The notes under the pieces were generated by a model, which saw only the letters and a list, made by a program, of their open reading frames with translations, ran no database searches and had not been told where the DNA came from. 64,000 bases of DNA from Marsupella aquatica. Its lineage: Eukaryota > Plantae > Marchantiophyta. The position numbers were made by a program, and so were the translations under genes. The DNA lies in NCBI GenBank assembly GCA_973895155.1, contig OZ316892.1:16039040-16103039 (forward strand). The letters run 5' to 3'. Shown one piece after another: positions 62,918 through 64,000 of the stretch. Each line of letters opens with the position of its first letter. Position 1 is the stretch's first letter.

Positions 62918-63632
62918 GTAGTCGTCTGCTTAGTTCGTGCTTGCAAATGAGCCACCATTCCTTGCAATCGGTCCTTACCCCCCTTCTGCCTGGTCTTCCT
63001 TCCCATTAGTTACCCATAGCCGCCGGTACTTAGCGCGCCCTAACCCTAATCGTGTTCCCTCCCCCGACATCCTTACTTTCGGCCTCGGCTTGGGTTCCAT
63101 AGTTATCCTTAATTGTTTATATTTTCCTTGTTTTTGTTACTATACTAATGTGTTTCCAAGGTACACTCTTGAATTTTATCATTTAAACTGGCCTAATGAT
63201 TCCTGGCTAGGCATCACAAACGTGGTGCATCAATCAAATTTCATTTTCGATGTTGGGTACTAGTTTTCATTGTGGTTATTCCCCGAGGTAGTCAAAACGG
63301 GGGAGAATTCCGAGTTTTACCCACCCCGACCGAAAGTGAATAAGTTTTACGTCAGAGTTTGGTTTGATTATGGTTTTCAGCGTTGGAGAGCTAGGCTTGT
63401 GGGCTATGCGGCGGTGATAAGTTTTGAGTTTTTGGAGAAGTTGAGAAAAATGTTATTTTGTCTTGCATTTCTCACATGAGTGATTCGGAGGAGATTTTTG
63501 AAGACGTGGAGCTTGAAACACGAGGATCACCACAACGGTTTGAGGTGGAGAGGGAGGAGCAGGAGGAAGCGCATGTGACATCGGTACAATCACCAATGCC
63601 AGCGAGTAGAGGGGGTTGTGAAGGAAAAAGAG

Positions 63633-64000
63633 ATGGCATCCAGGTTCGAAGGTGTCAAGTTTGAGATGGAAAAGTATGATGAGCATACGGACTACTTGCT
63701 TTGGGAGAAGTAAGTGAAAAGAGTTCTTTGTACTATGAGCTTAGATCATCTTCTCTCTACGCGAGAGATGTACGATGATGAAGAGGAGATTCCACTAAAG
63801 AGGTGGAGGCAAGAACAAGTGATTGCAATGAATGCAATGATGCTTTATTTGAAGCCGCATATCATCAAGAAGTTGGATGACTACGCGGATTATGCATCTC
63901 TATTCAAAGCCCTAAGGGAGAAATACTATTGGGAGGATGCATCAGACCGATTGTACAAAAAGTCTCTCTTGATGAGCCTTAGGCTCAAAGAAGGGAACAA
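63633..64000 (+). mobile_element. Ty1/copia gag N-terminus (decayed, runs off window)
   Basis: MASRFEGVKFEMEKYDEHTDYLLWEK*VKRVL...AMNAMMLYLKPHII...SLFKALREKY...RLYKKSLLMSLRLKEG fits DUF4219/UBN2-type gag. Degenerate PBS-like TGGTTTTCAGCG near 63370. Confidence 0.8.

Overview
Eukaryotic, intron-containing DNA from a land plant; a non-seed plant such as a liverwort is a guess from protein similarity, not a demonstrated result. About 80% of the window is transposable-element material around one host gene, VPS18 (45618-54906, +). From left to right it contains: a pogo-type transposase pseudogene, probably nested in the right end of a CACTA element; a complete 16.9-kb CACTA element (4318-21220, GCT TSD) carrying a tandem-BRCT ORF, an EDM2-type PHD ORF and an RPL18a exon; an 11.3-kb Mutator-like element (23318-34600); a gypsy gag fragment; a second decayed copy of the Mutator transposase; a 344-bp MITE of the same family with a 9-bp TSD; a Harbinger/PHIS element (40723-45134, AAT TSD); VPS18; a probable gypsy-type 3' LTR with a decayed accessory ORF; and the start of a copia gag. 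The most striking structure is the Mutator-like element. Its GCM-like/MULE/SWIM transposase is head-to-head with a spliced ~1120-codon gene fusing a ParB/Srx-like domain to a beta-class N4C/N6A DNA methyltransferase fold. Its non-coding DNA, including three introns, carries 16 copies of the palindrome TAGCGCCNGGCGCTA, which resembles a parS-like or VANC-like protein-plus-motif system. All domain calls come from motifs read by eye; no searches were run.
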